A stretch of 64,000 bases of DNA. It comes from Candidatus Omnitrophota bacterium. Lineage in GTDB: Bacteria; Omnitrophota; Gorgyraeia; Gygaellales; Profunditerraquicolaceae. Shown piece after piece: positions 46,852 through 56,566 of this stretch. The stretch spans positions 6,536-70,535 of the forward strand of contig VGKG01000004.1 of the NCBI GenBank assembly GCA_016867115.1, given 5' to 3'. The notes under the pieces are model-generated. The model saw only the letters and a list, made by a program, of their open reading frames with translations. It did no database searches and was not told the origin of the DNA. The position numbers were made by a program, and so were the translations under genes. Every line of letters starts with the position of its first letter. Positions within the stretch are counted from its first letter, which is position 1.

Positions 46852-46886
46852 TGAACAGATTATAGCCTTTTTATGCTAAGTGTCAA
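46841..46886 (-). promoter_or_regulatory. Consensus sigma70 promoter with an operator-like palindrome over the MarR start codon
   Basis: TTGACA (46886-46881), 16-nt spacer, TATAAT (46864-46859), 7 nt, then ATG; palindrome TGTTCAA-GCA-TTGAACA at 46841-46857. Confidence 0.8.
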
Positions 46887-46959
46887 GGATTTTATTAAGT
46901 TTTTAGGCAGGATTTATAATTTTATCAGGTATGTAACTTACTGAAAAATAAGTAGCTAT

Positions 46960-46990
46960 AAAAACGGATGGGAACATATACCCACCCGTT
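46960..46990 (-). terminator. Intrinsic terminator after gap
   Basis: Minus strand AACGGGTGGG-loop-CCCATCCGTT followed by a T run, about 25 nt after the gap stop. Confidence 0.65.
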
Positions 46991-47015
46991 CAACTGCTGA
47001 ACAATAATTATCTGC

Positions 47016-48080
<1,065 letters not shown>

Positions 48081-48101
48081 TCAGTTATTAGCGATCAGAG
48101 T

Positions 48102-49097
48102 TTATTTTTCCCGAAGATACCTTGCGGCCAGTTCAGGCGGGGTGGGAACAAGGTAAAAACCTGAGCCCCATTCAAAACCTGCCACGCGCATCAGCTTTGG
48201 CATAAACTCGATGTGCCAGTGATAACCCTCTGTCCCGGATTCGCCGTTTACGGGTGCAGAATGGATGATGAAATTGTACGACAGGCCCGCAAATATGCCC
48301 TTGAACCTGGTGATAGTCTCCTTAAGCATGGAGGCCAGGGACGGCACCTCCTCCGCCAGGATATTGCAGAAACTATTGCTGTGTTTCTTGGGCATGATCC
48401 AGGCCTCAAAAGGGAAACGCGAAATAAAGGGGCAGAAAGAAAGGAAATGTTTATTCTCTGAAATGATCCTCTCCTTATCCTGGATCTCCTGCCTGACTAT
48501 ATCGCAATAGATGCAGCGCTCGCGGTACTCGTAGTAATTCTGCGCCCCCTTGATCTCTTCTGCGGCGCTCTTAGGCACCATGGGCAGCGCGATGATCTGG
48601 GTGTGCGGATGCTCAAGCGATGCCCCGGCTGCCGCTCCGAAGTTCTTAAAGATCATAATGTATTTAAAACGCTTATCCCTGGCCAGGTCAAGCGCCCTGC
48701 GGCAGTACATGAGCAGGAAGTTCTCCACTTCCTGGTCAAGGAGGTCAGATATGTCTTTCTGATGGTAGGGGGTCTCGATCAACACCTCATGCGCGCCGAC
48801 GCCATTTGACATATCGTAAATGCCCAGCCCGCGCCTGTCCAGCTCCCCTTCGATCTGCAGCGCCGGGAACTTATTGGAGACAACGCGCACCTGCCAGCCC
48901 GGGGTATTGGGGCTGGTGTGCGGGTCGCGGATCGCTTCGATCTCGGGAGGGGTCATGGATTCGTTGCCGTAACAGAACGGACAGGCCCCGCCCCGCCAGT
49001 TGAGCGGCTCGTATTCATAATCCTCGGGCCGGTGCGGGTGGTCCGTATCCACGATGACCCAGCGGCCTCCGATGGGGTCTCTCCTCAATTCCGACAT
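48102..49097 (-). CDS. galT: Galactose-1-phosphate uridylyltransferase family (catalytic motif intact)
   Basis: ELRRDP, CPFC, NKFPAL, HEVLIE, GASLEHPHTQ, HWHIE...AGFEWGSG. Confidence 0.93.
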   Translation of the reverse strand: MSELRRDPIGGRWVIVDTDHPHRPEDYEYEPLNWRGGACPFCYGNESMTPPEIEAIRDPHTSPNTPGWQVRVVSNKFPALQIEGELDRRGLGIYDMSNGVGAHEVLIETPYHQKDISDLLDQEVENFLLMYCRRALDLARDKRFKYIMIFKNFGAAAGASLEHPHTQIIALPMVPKSAAEEIKGAQNYYEYRERCIYCDIVRQEIQDKERIISENKHFLSFCPFISRFPFEAWIMPKKHSNSFCNILAEEVPSLASMLKETITRFKGIFAGLSYNFIIHSAPVNGESGTEGYHWHIEFMPKLMRVAGFEWGSGFYLVPTPPELAARYLREK

Positions 49098-49098
49098 C

Positions 49099-50127
49099 TT
49101 AGACCTCTACCTCTCTTAAAAACTTCGCCGCATCCTCGGGCGTAAGCGGGCAGATATAAAAGCCGGTGCCCCATTCAAAGCCCGCTACGCGCGTCAGGCG
49201 CGGGATGATCTCGATGTGCCAGTGATAATCGTAATCCACGCTCTTCCAGTATCCTGCCTTGCTGGGCCGGCGGAAGGGCGCGGAATGGATCACGTAATTG
49301 TATGCCGGGTCGTTCAGCCCTTTTTTGAGCTTTAAAAGCACCTGTTTCATGATGCGCGCAAGGTCCCTGCGCCGGTCCTGCTCAAGCGCGGTGAAATCGC
49401 AGGAGTGCTTCTTGGGCATGATCCAGACCTCGAAGGGGAACCTTGAGGCAAAGGGCGAGATGGCGATGAAACCGTCAATATCCAGGATCATCCTGTCTTT
49501 TGAGGACATCTCCTGCTTGATGATGTCGCAGAAGACGCAACGCTCGTGATAGTCATAATAAAAGTGGGCGCCCGAAAGCTCTTCTTTCACCCTTTTGGGG
49601 TTGACCGGGGTGGCGATCAGCTGGGATCTTGAATGTTTGACCCTGCCTCCGCCCGAAGACCAGCCGTAATTTTTAAAGACCAGGACGTATTTAAAGCGCC
49701 TGTCCTTCTCAAGATCGAGCATCCGGTCGATGTAGCAGGTAATGACCCTTGAGATCTGCTCTTCGCTAATGTCGGCCATATTGGCGATGTGTTTATTGGT
49801 CTCAATCACCACTTCATGCGCGCCGATGCCGTTCATCAGGTCATAGAGGCCCTTGCCCCTGCGCTCAAGGTCGCCTTCGATCTTAAGGAACGGGGAGATA
49901 CTGGGGACCACCCTTAATTCCCAACCAGGAGAATTGGCAGGGCTGCCTCTTGGCCTGACGGAATAGATTTCGGGGGGGGTGGAGTCTTCCGCGCCTTCGC
50001 AAAAAGGGCAGGCAGTCTCGGCAGGAGCCTCGGCATAAGAACTGCTGAACTGATCGGGCCGTTTTGCCCGCTCAGTAGCGATGATCACCCATCTTCCGAT
50101 AATCGGGTCTTTTCTTAGCTCAGGCAT
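49099..50127 (-). CDS. GalT paralog lacking the catalytic His (HSRSQ)
   Basis: Same GalT motifs (ELRKDP, CPFC, HEVVIE, HWHIE, AGFEWGTG), but GGGRVKHSRSQ replaces GASLEHPHTQ. Confidence 0.88.
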   Translation of the reverse strand: MPELRKDPIIGRWVIIATERAKRPDQFSSSYAEAPAETACPFCEGAEDSTPPEIYSVRPRGSPANSPGWELRVVPSISPFLKIEGDLERRGKGLYDLMNGIGAHEVVIETNKHIANMADISEEQISRVITCYIDRMLDLEKDRRFKYVLVFKNYGWSSGGGRVKHSRSQLIATPVNPKRVKEELSGAHFYYDYHERCVFCDIIKQEMSSKDRMILDIDGFIAISPFASRFPFEVWIMPKKHSCDFTALEQDRRRDLARIMKQVLLKLKKGLNDPAYNYVIHSAPFRRPSKAGYWKSVDYDYHWHIEIIPRLTRVAGFEWGTGFYICPLTPEDAAKFLREVEV

Positions 50128-50187
50128 GCGGATAATTCCAAATTAAAATTATGAATTTCAAATTGATAAGATTTATTTAAGTTTTTT

Positions 50188-50215
50188 ATTATAGCACGCG
50201 GAAGCCGTTATGCAA
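50188..50215 (-). promoter_or_regulatory. Putative promoter for galT-galT-gap
   Basis: TTGCAT (50215-50210), 16-nt spacer, extended -10 TGcTATAAT (core 50193-50188). Confidence 0.65.
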
Positions 50216-51160
50216 TTATTTTTTGGAGAATCTTTCGCCGGCTTTGATCTTATGGCCGGCAACAAACTCCCCTGCGGCCATCCTCCTCTTTCCGGCTATC
50301 TGTAACTCCTCGATAGCCAGCCACTTATCCTGACAGGCGACCACGATACCGCTTTTATCCGCGGTTATGATCTCACCCGGTACTTTGCCTTTAAGCTCAG
50401 ACCAAGGTTCGGTTACGCGCGCCTGATAGATCTTTAACAATTTGCCTTTATAATAGGTAAAGGCCCCCGGCCAGTCAAAAAGGCCGCGTATCTGATTATT
50501 GATCCGGAGGGCGGATCCATTCCAATCGATTGCGCCGTCCTCTTTTTTGAGTTTTGGCGCGTAAGTAGCCAGGCGCTCATCCTGCCCTTCTAATTTATAA
50601 TTATTTTTTTCGATCAGCTCAAGGGTTTCAAGCAAGCCTTCCTGCGCCAGGCGCGCCAGTTTCTCTCCGAGGCTGAGCGCGTTATCTTTATCTTCGATCG
50701 CGATCTCTTTCTTCAGTGCTACCGGCCCGGCATCCATTTTGGCGACCAGCTTCATTACTGTAACGCCGCTTTTGGCATCGCCGTTAATGATCGCCCAGTT
50801 TATGGGCGCTGCACCCCGCAGTTCCGGAAGCAGCGAGGCGTGGACATTAATACAGAATATCTTCGGCAGGGCCAGGATGCTCTCCGAGAGTATCTGGCCG
50901 TAGGCGATCACCACAAATAAATCAGCCGCGATCCCCTTCAGGAACCCTATCGTTTCTATGCTATTCACTTTATCCGGATGATAGAGCTTAAGCCCTGCCT
51001 CCAGCGCTGCCTGTTTGACCGCCGTCCCCTCAAGGTGCAGGCCCCTTCCCTTTTTGCGGTCAGGCTGGGTCACTACGCAGAGCACCTTATGAGGGCTGGC
51101 GATCAAACCCTTCAGTGCAGGAACCGCGAAAGCATCGCTTCCAAAGAAAACAATATTCAT
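50216..51160 (-). CDS. fmt: Methionyl-tRNA formyltransferase
   Basis: VVTQPDRKKGRG, AYGQIL, INVHASLLP..RGAAPI, MDAGP, TYAPKL. Confidence 0.97.
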   Translation of the reverse strand: MNIVFFGSDAFAVPALKGLIASPHKVLCVVTQPDRKKGRGLHLEGTAVKQAALEAGLKLYHPDKVNSIETIGFLKGIAADLFVVIAYGQILSESILALPKIFCINVHASLLPELRGAAPINWAIINGDAKSGVTVMKLVAKMDAGPVALKKEIAIEDKDNALSLGEKLARLAQEGLLETLELIEKNNYKLEGQDERLATYAPKLKKEDGAIDWNGSALRINNQIRGLFDWPGAFTYYKGKLLKIYQARVTEPWSELKGKVPGEIITADKSGIVVACQDKWLAIEELQIAGKRRMAAGEFVAGHKIKAGERFSKK

Positions 51161-51196
51161 ATTTTACCCAGCGTAGTGCATACTGTCTACAATCGT

Positions 51197-53041
51197 TTAC
51201 AGTGGATCAACATCTACGGTCACTATTATACCTGAATGACGAAAGTCTTTTAAGCGCTTTTTCAGGAAGGCGCATCCTTTAACCGGATCTTTTACGCTGA
51301 TGAGCACCTGCCAGTAGTAATTACCCCTTAATTTGGGAGGCTCTCCCCGGGAGGCCTGAAGGACCCTGACCCCCTTTGGCTGCGGGGGCTCTTTCAGCAA
51401 CTCGCGCAGCTTAAGGGCGCTCTCCTCTGTGCGCTCGGCACTCCTTGCGCGCAACTTCACCAGCATCAGGTGCCGGAAGGGAGGAAAGGAGAGTTCCCTC
51501 CTGTGCCTGAGCTCTTCGGTGTAAAACCTCTCCGGGTCCCTCTCCAATAATGCCCTGAAACAATAGTGGCTGTGGAGGCCCGTCTCGATAAGCATCTTCT
51601 TTGCGGTCCTTGCGGCAAGCTGGTCAAGGATCAAGAATGTCCGGGTAGCCGCATCCAGCTCCGGACGGCCGAGGGTATTATCCGCATTCAGGACCGCGGT
51701 CAGGTCAAAATCAGGCGACTGCTGCCTGGTGATAAAACTGGTAGCTACGTAGATATCCGCGTCCCGGTTAAAGCCTTGCGCCCTTTTATCGAGCCTGACA
51801 ATGCGCGCGGACGGAAAAAGGCGCGCCAGTTCGCTCTCTATCTTTTCCGTGCCTGCGCCGCCGAACTTTATATATCCGGAATTACATGCCGGGCACATCT
51901 TCGGCGCCGGCATCCTGAAGCTGCAATAACGGCAGCCCAAGAAGCCCTCCTTGAAATGATAGACCAGGTTTATATCGCAGCGCGGGCACTTAAGCGCAGC
52001 ACCGCATGTCGAGCAGGAGGCGCTGGTGGCAAAACCTTTACGGTTGAGAAAAAGTAGCACTTTTTCGCTGCCGGCCAGGCTTGCGCCGATGGCGTCCTGG
52101 ATATATTTGGATAAAGCGCCTGTCTCCTGTTTTTTCCCGCGGTATCTCCTCTCGGGGCTGATGAGCTTTATTTCGGGACGAGGCGAGACGGATGGGCTGC
52201 GTAAATACCCGATTTTGCCGCTTCTGGCCAGATATACGCTTTCCAGTGAGAATGCACAGCCGGCCAGGACTACCTTTGCGCCTTCAAGCGCAGAACGCAT
52301 AAAGGCAACGCGACGGGCATGATAATGCGGCACCTGGTCCTGCTTGTAAACAGAGGCATCCTCTTCGTCTATGATGATCAGCCCTAAATTGCTTAAGGGT
52401 GCAAATATCGCCGAGCGCACGCCCACCACGACGTTGACCTCGCCGGCCCTGACCTTACGCCAGGTCTCAAGCTCCTCTTTTCCCTTACGCAATAATATCC
52501 CTACGGATGCCCCCGGAAGCAAGCTGAAAGAAGATGCGGCATCAAGGCAGGTATTTATGTCGGGGAACAGGACGATCGCTGACCGGCCGGCCTTTAATGT
52601 CAGGCTGACCTCGCCAAGGTAATGATTGAGCCTGGATTTAAGCGCCGGCTCATAGAGCAGGCCCCCCTGCAAAGCGGCCTTTCTTACGGCGCAACCGCTT
52701 TTGTTTATGCCCGTTACCTGCCTGAACTTCCTTAAGGCCGCAGGCAGCGCCGTCTCAATGGCCTCGCCCCACGAACAGCAATAATAGCGCGATACCTGAT
52801 GAGTCAGCTCAAGCAACCGCGCATCCAGCACAGGATTGTCGTCAAGGAGCCGGGTGATCTTTTTAAGGTTCCTGACCCGGCTTTTGGAGGAGAGCCCGAC
52901 GACATAACCGGTTTTTCTGCGGCGGCAGAAATCCACCTCCACCCGGAAACCCGGATCTATCAAGTCCTGCGATTCTTCGGGGACGATATAATCAAAGGGG
53001 CCTTCAACCGCAAGCCCCAGCACTACCTTCGCATACAGCAT
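51197..53041 (-). CDS. priA: Primosomal protein N' with degenerate helicase motifs
   Basis: 3'-binding domain FDY, GVRSAIFAP...IIDEED, FLNRKGFA, four CxxC pairs, GTEKIE; adjacent to fmt. Confidence 0.9.
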   Translation of the reverse strand: MLYAKVVLGLAVEGPFDYIVPEESQDLIDPGFRVEVDFCRRRKTGYVVGLSSKSRVRNLKKITRLLDDNPVLDARLLELTHQVSRYYCCSWGEAIETALPAALRKFRQVTGINKSGCAVRKAALQGGLLYEPALKSRLNHYLGEVSLTLKAGRSAIVLFPDINTCLDAASSFSLLPGASVGILLRKGKEELETWRKVRAGEVNVVVGVRSAIFAPLSNLGLIIIDEEDASVYKQDQVPHYHARRVAFMRSALEGAKVVLAGCAFSLESVYLARSGKIGYLRSPSVSPRPEIKLISPERRYRGKKQETGALSKYIQDAIGASLAGSEKVLLFLNRKGFATSASCSTCGAALKCPRCDINLVYHFKEGFLGCRYCSFRMPAPKMCPACNSGYIKFGGAGTEKIESELARLFPSARIVRLDKRAQGFNRDADIYVATSFITRQQSPDFDLTAVLNADNTLGRPELDAATRTFLILDQLAARTAKKMLIETGLHSHYCFRALLERDPERFYTEELRHRRELSFPPFRHLMLVKLRARSAERTEESALKLRELLKEPPQPKGVRVLQASRGEPPKLRGNYYWQVLISVKDPVKGCAFLKKRLKDFRHSGIIVTVDVDPL

Positions 53042-54120
53042 GAGCAAATCTCTCCCAGGGTATCCGTCTTCTTTATCTTTCTGATATTCTCCCTTACTTT
53101 CTCTATCTCCTGCGGATGATCGCGATAATACAGGACCCTGCGCTTTAGCTCCCTAAGAGAACGGGGGCTTAAGCCGATACCGCACTTCTTTAAGATAGCG
53201 GCGTTCTGCGCCTCCTGGCCGGGCACGGTGAAGATGAATACCGGCGGCAGTTCCATGCTTAAGATCTCCGAGACGGTCAGCCCGCCGGGCTTGGTGATGA
53301 TCAGGTCTGAAACCGCCATCAGTTCATGTATATTATCTACAAAACCGTAGGCAAAGACACCGGAAAGACCTTTTTTCTTCAATCTTTCATAAAGCCCGCT
53401 GTTTCCTGCCGAGACTACCAGCACCTGCACCTCGCCCGCAAGCATCTTTGCGATGCGCTCTAGAGGGCCCAGCCCGAAAGAGCCGGTCATCAAAAGGACC
53501 GTAAACGCATCTTTTCTTATGCCCAATTTTTCGCATAGACTGCTGCGGTCATACTCCAGGATGAACTTGGGCTCTATAGGGATACCGCAGACTTTGATCG
53601 CCGATTCCCTGATCCCCGAACCCAGCAGGCGCTGCCGGGAGGATTCGGTGGCCACGATATAAAGATCCACTCCTTTATAGACCCAGAAAGGATGCACGTC
53701 CAGGTCTGTGACTACGCAGATGATCCGGGAAGCGATCCTGCCATGCGCCTTTAAAGAGGCTGCAAGGCTCGAGGTCAGAAAATGCGTGGAGATAATAATA
53801 TCGGGATTTTCCCGGATAAGGAGATTGACGAAATCACGGGAGTTAAGGGAATCAAAAATGGAGACGGCCGGAAGGATAAGCCTGCGCACCGGCTCAAGGC
53901 CGGTGGCCCAGAAAATAAACCCCCATACCGACTGCAGATGTTCGACGAGAAAGGAATAACTCTGCGAATAAAAGGCGCGGTAAAGCGGGCCTGCCTCATC
54001 CAGCACATCGACAAACTTAAGCTCAATATCAGGGAACTTTTCACGGATATAAAGCCGCAGGGCCTGGGCAGCCTTGAAATGGCCTGCCCCTACGGAGGCA
54101 TAGGCAATGAGTATCTTCAT
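53023..54120 (-). CDS. MGDG synthase / UgtP-like glycosyltransferase (GT28)
   Basis: ASVGAGHFKAA, ISTHF, VTDLDVHPFW, GIPI, ITKPGGLTVSE, PGQE. Confidence 0.9.
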   Translation of the reverse strand: MKILIAYASVGAGHFKAAQALRLYIREKFPDIELKFVDVLDEAGPLYRAFYSQSYSFLVEHLQSVWGFIFWATGLEPVRRLILPAVSIFDSLNSRDFVNLLIRENPDIIISTHFLTSSLAASLKAHGRIASRIICVVTDLDVHPFWVYKGVDLYIVATESSRQRLLGSGIRESAIKVCGIPIEPKFILEYDRSSLCEKLGIRKDAFTVLLMTGSFGLGPLERIAKMLAGEVQVLVVSAGNSGLYERLKKKGLSGVFAYGFVDNIHELMAVSDLIITKPGGLTVSEILSMELPPVFIFTVPGQEAQNAAILKKCGIGLSPRSLRELKRRVLYYRDHPQEIEKVRENIRKIKKTDTLGEICSCCMRR

Positions 54121-54674
54121 TAATTTTTAAGGATTATATCCGCCGCCTCTTTGAGTCCTGCGGCAGTGAAATCAGGAAGATGTTCCCACTTCTTTGCGTT
54201 TGCGGGCTTCTCTTTTCCGGAGAATACCAGTATCGTCTTAAGGCCAGCCCGCTTTCCGGTCTCGACATCGCGGATAGTATCTCCGACGAAAAAACTCTCC
54301 GACAGGTCTACTTTTATGCCCCGCTTTTTCAGCCCCGAGAGGGCATTATCGACCAATCCGGTCATGGGCTTGCGGCAATCGCAGTTCTCCTCCTTGCGAT
54401 GGATGCAATAGTATACGCGGGATATACTAATACCGCTGCCCAGATTTTTGAGCATATTGCGCGTGATGAGCCTTAATTCCTTCTTTGAATAAATACCTTT
54501 TGAGACTCCGGCCTGGTTGGAGATGACGAAGATCTTAAAGCCGGCCCGGGTCAACTTCCGGAGCGGGGATTTTACGCGGGGCAAAAAACGGAACTCCTTC
54601 CAGGATTTCACGTATTGAAAATCGCCCGGATACCTATTGATCACCCCGTCACGGTCAAGGAATACCGCCCTCAT
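54120..54674 (-). CDS. gmhB: D-glycero-D-manno-heptose 1,7-bisphosphate phosphatase (HAD IIIA)
   Basis: FLDRDGVIN, SNQAGV, CIH...CDCRKP, VGD..RD. Confidence 0.9.
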   Translation of the reverse strand: MRAVFLDRDGVINRYPGDFQYVKSWKEFRFLPRVKSPLRKLTRAGFKIFVISNQAGVSKGIYSKKELRLITRNMLKNLGSGISISRVYYCIHRKEENCDCRKPMTGLVDNALSGLKKRGIKVDLSESFFVGDTIRDVETGKRAGLKTILVFSGKEKPANAKKWEHLPDFTAAGLKEAADIILKN

Positions 54675-55445
54675 TTAAAGCTTCCCCTCTTTCTTCAGGC
54701 ACATCTCCCGGTATTTCAGGTAGCTCAGGAACTGGTAGAGCCCGGCATTATAAGCCACGACAAACCCGATGAAACCGTCTTTATAGCCTTTTTTGCTGAA
54801 ATACGTGCGCATAAAACGGTCGTAGGTGCGCCAGAGGAACCTGCCCAAACGCATGGGCTTATCCTGATCAAACCATTTCTTTGCCTCGCGGGTAGTCTGA
54901 TTATTGAGCTTGGCAAAAAAATCCTCCAGGTTACGGTAGGAATAATGGATCAGGTCGTTTTTCAGGTGGCCGCAGGGGTCATCCATAAACGCGCGCGGAT
55001 GCACCCCCACCTCTTCGTAGCGGAACTTGTCTTTACGGAAGAGTTTCAGCTGGGCGCTGGGGTACCAGCCGCAATATTTGACCCAGTAATCCCCGATATA
55101 ATTACGCCGCGGCACGGTAAAACCGTTCTCCTGCGGCCCGGCGGAAAGCGCATCCTTTATCTCATCCCTTAACTCGGGGGTGATGACTTCATCGGCATCA
55201 AGGCTGAAGACCCATGTATTCTTTGCCTGAGCGTACGCCCAGTTACGGTGCCTGCCCTCCACTTCCATCTTCCGGGTGAATACCCTGTCGGTATACCGGC
55301 GGACGGTCTCGACGGTCTTATCCGTGCTCTCATCATCGACCACGATGACTTCATCCGCCCAGAGCGCGGATTCGATACACTTTGCGATGCGGCCTTCCTC
55401 GTTTTTAGTCAGGATCACTACGGATAAAGGGATCTTATCTTCCAC
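54675..55445 (-). CDS. Glycosyltransferase family 2 (WaaE/KdtX-like LPS core)
   Basis: SVVILTKNEE, DDESTD, LDADE, VH, HYSY, GYKDG. Confidence 0.92.
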   Translation of the reverse strand: MEDKIPLSVVILTKNEEGRIAKCIESALWADEVIVVDDESTDKTVETVRRYTDRVFTRKMEVEGRHRNWAYAQAKNTWVFSLDADEVITPELRDEIKDALSAGPQENGFTVPRRNYIGDYWVKYCGWYPSAQLKLFRKDKFRYEEVGVHPRAFMDDPCGHLKNDLIHYSYRNLEDFFAKLNNQTTREAKKWFDQDKPMRLGRFLWRTYDRFMRTYFSKKGYKDGFIGFVVAYNAGLYQFLSYLKYREMCLKKEGKL

Positions 55446-55447
55446 CT

Positions 55448-56566
55448 TTAAAGCGCTCCTTTCAGGGCATCTGCGACGTAATTAATCTGTTTTTCTTTGA
55501 TGTGCGGATACATGGGCAAAGAGACGATCTCTCCGGAGACTCTCTCCGAAACCGGAAAATCCCCCCTCTTGTAGCCAAGCCCATTATAAGCCGGCTGCAG
55601 ATGCAGGGGTATGGGATAATGGATCAGGACACCGATCTCTTTTTCTTTGAGCCTGGCGCAGACTTCATCACGCCTTTTCACTCTTATAGCATAGACATGA
55701 TAAACGTGGCTTACGCCTTCCGATGCGAAAGGAGTAATCAGGCCTTTAAGCCCGCCTAAAAGTTTATTATAGAAAAACGCGGCTTCCTTGCGGGCATTAT
55801 TCCATTTATCCAGCAGCTTTAATTTCGCGCGCAGGAACCCTGCCTGCAGAGTATCCAGGCGCGAATTATAACCGATGAGCGCGTGTTCATATTTTGAAGT
55901 CCGGCCATAATCCCTGAGCATGAGCAATTTTTTAAATAATCCTTCGTTACTTGTCGTAATTATGCCTCCGTCGCCTAAAGCGCCTAAATTTTTAGAAGGA
56001 TAGAAGCTGAAGGCCCCCATATCACCCATAGCGCCCGCCCTCTGCCATTTTCCGCCGGGCATCTTGATCACCGCGCCGTGCGCCTGGCAGGCATCTTCGA
56101 TCACCCTTAGATTATTCCTTTTTGCTATCTTAAGGATCTCCGGCATATCTGCCGGCTGGCCGTAAAGGTGCACCGGGATGATCGCCTTGGTATTTTTAGT
56201 AATTGCCCCTTCTATCTTGCTTACGTCAATGTTGTAGGTCTTCTCATCGATATCCACAAATACCGGCTTTGCTCCGGTATAGGAAACCGCCAGGGCCGTA
56301 GCAATAAAGGTAAAATCCGGGACAATAACTTCATCGCCGGGGCCGATATCCAGGCACTTCAGCGCTAAAAAAAGGGCCGCGGTACCGGAACTGACGCCTA
56401 CTGCATAAGAAGAGCCGCAAAATGCGGCGAACTCTTTTTCAAAACACTGCAGATCTTCTCCGAGGATAAAATCGCTTCTCTTCTGGATATTTTTGATTAC
56501 CCTGTCGATATCCTTCTTTATTTCTCTGTGCTGCGCCGTTAGATCCGCAAAAGAAACTTTCACCAT
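55448..56566 (-). CDS. DegT/DnrJ/EryC1/StrS aminotransferase
   Basis: PVHLYGQ, EDACQAHG, SFYPSKNLGALGDGG, NSRLDTLQA. Confidence 0.95.
   Translation of the reverse strand: MVKVSFADLTAQHREIKKDIDRVIKNIQKRSDFILGEDLQCFEKEFAAFCGSSYAVGVSSGTAALFLALKCLDIGPGDEVIVPDFTFIATALAVSYTGAKPVFVDIDEKTYNIDVSKIEGAITKNTKAIIPVHLYGQPADMPEILKIAKRNNLRVIEDACQAHGAVIKMPGGKWQRAGAMGDMGAFSFYPSKNLGALGDGGIITTSNEGLFKKLLMLRDYGRTSKYEHALIGYNSRLDTLQAGFLRAKLKLLDKWNNARKEAAFFYNKLLGGLKGLITPFASEGVSHVYHVYAIRVKRRDEVCARLKEKEIGVLIHYPIPLHLQPAYNGLGYKRGDFPVSERVSGEIVSLPMYPHIKEKQINYVADALKGAL

Larger units (their letters stand above)
8577..46886 (-). other. ~38-kb surface polysaccharide (O-antigen/EPS) biosynthesis locus
   Basis: Contiguous co-oriented genes from MarR/wzz to pglF-like/waaL; many segments visibly more AT-rich than the flanking housekeeping genes. 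Confidence 0.9.

Noticed and set aside
8520-47015. Integrative element or prophage boundaries for the polysaccharide locus
   Set aside because: No integrase, transposase, tRNA or shared direct repeat found by eye at either border.
49972-49979. G8 homopolymer as a phase-variation tract (also C7 runs near 18471 and 37522)
   Set aside because: Short, in frame, and explained by Pro/Gly codons; no frameshift seen.
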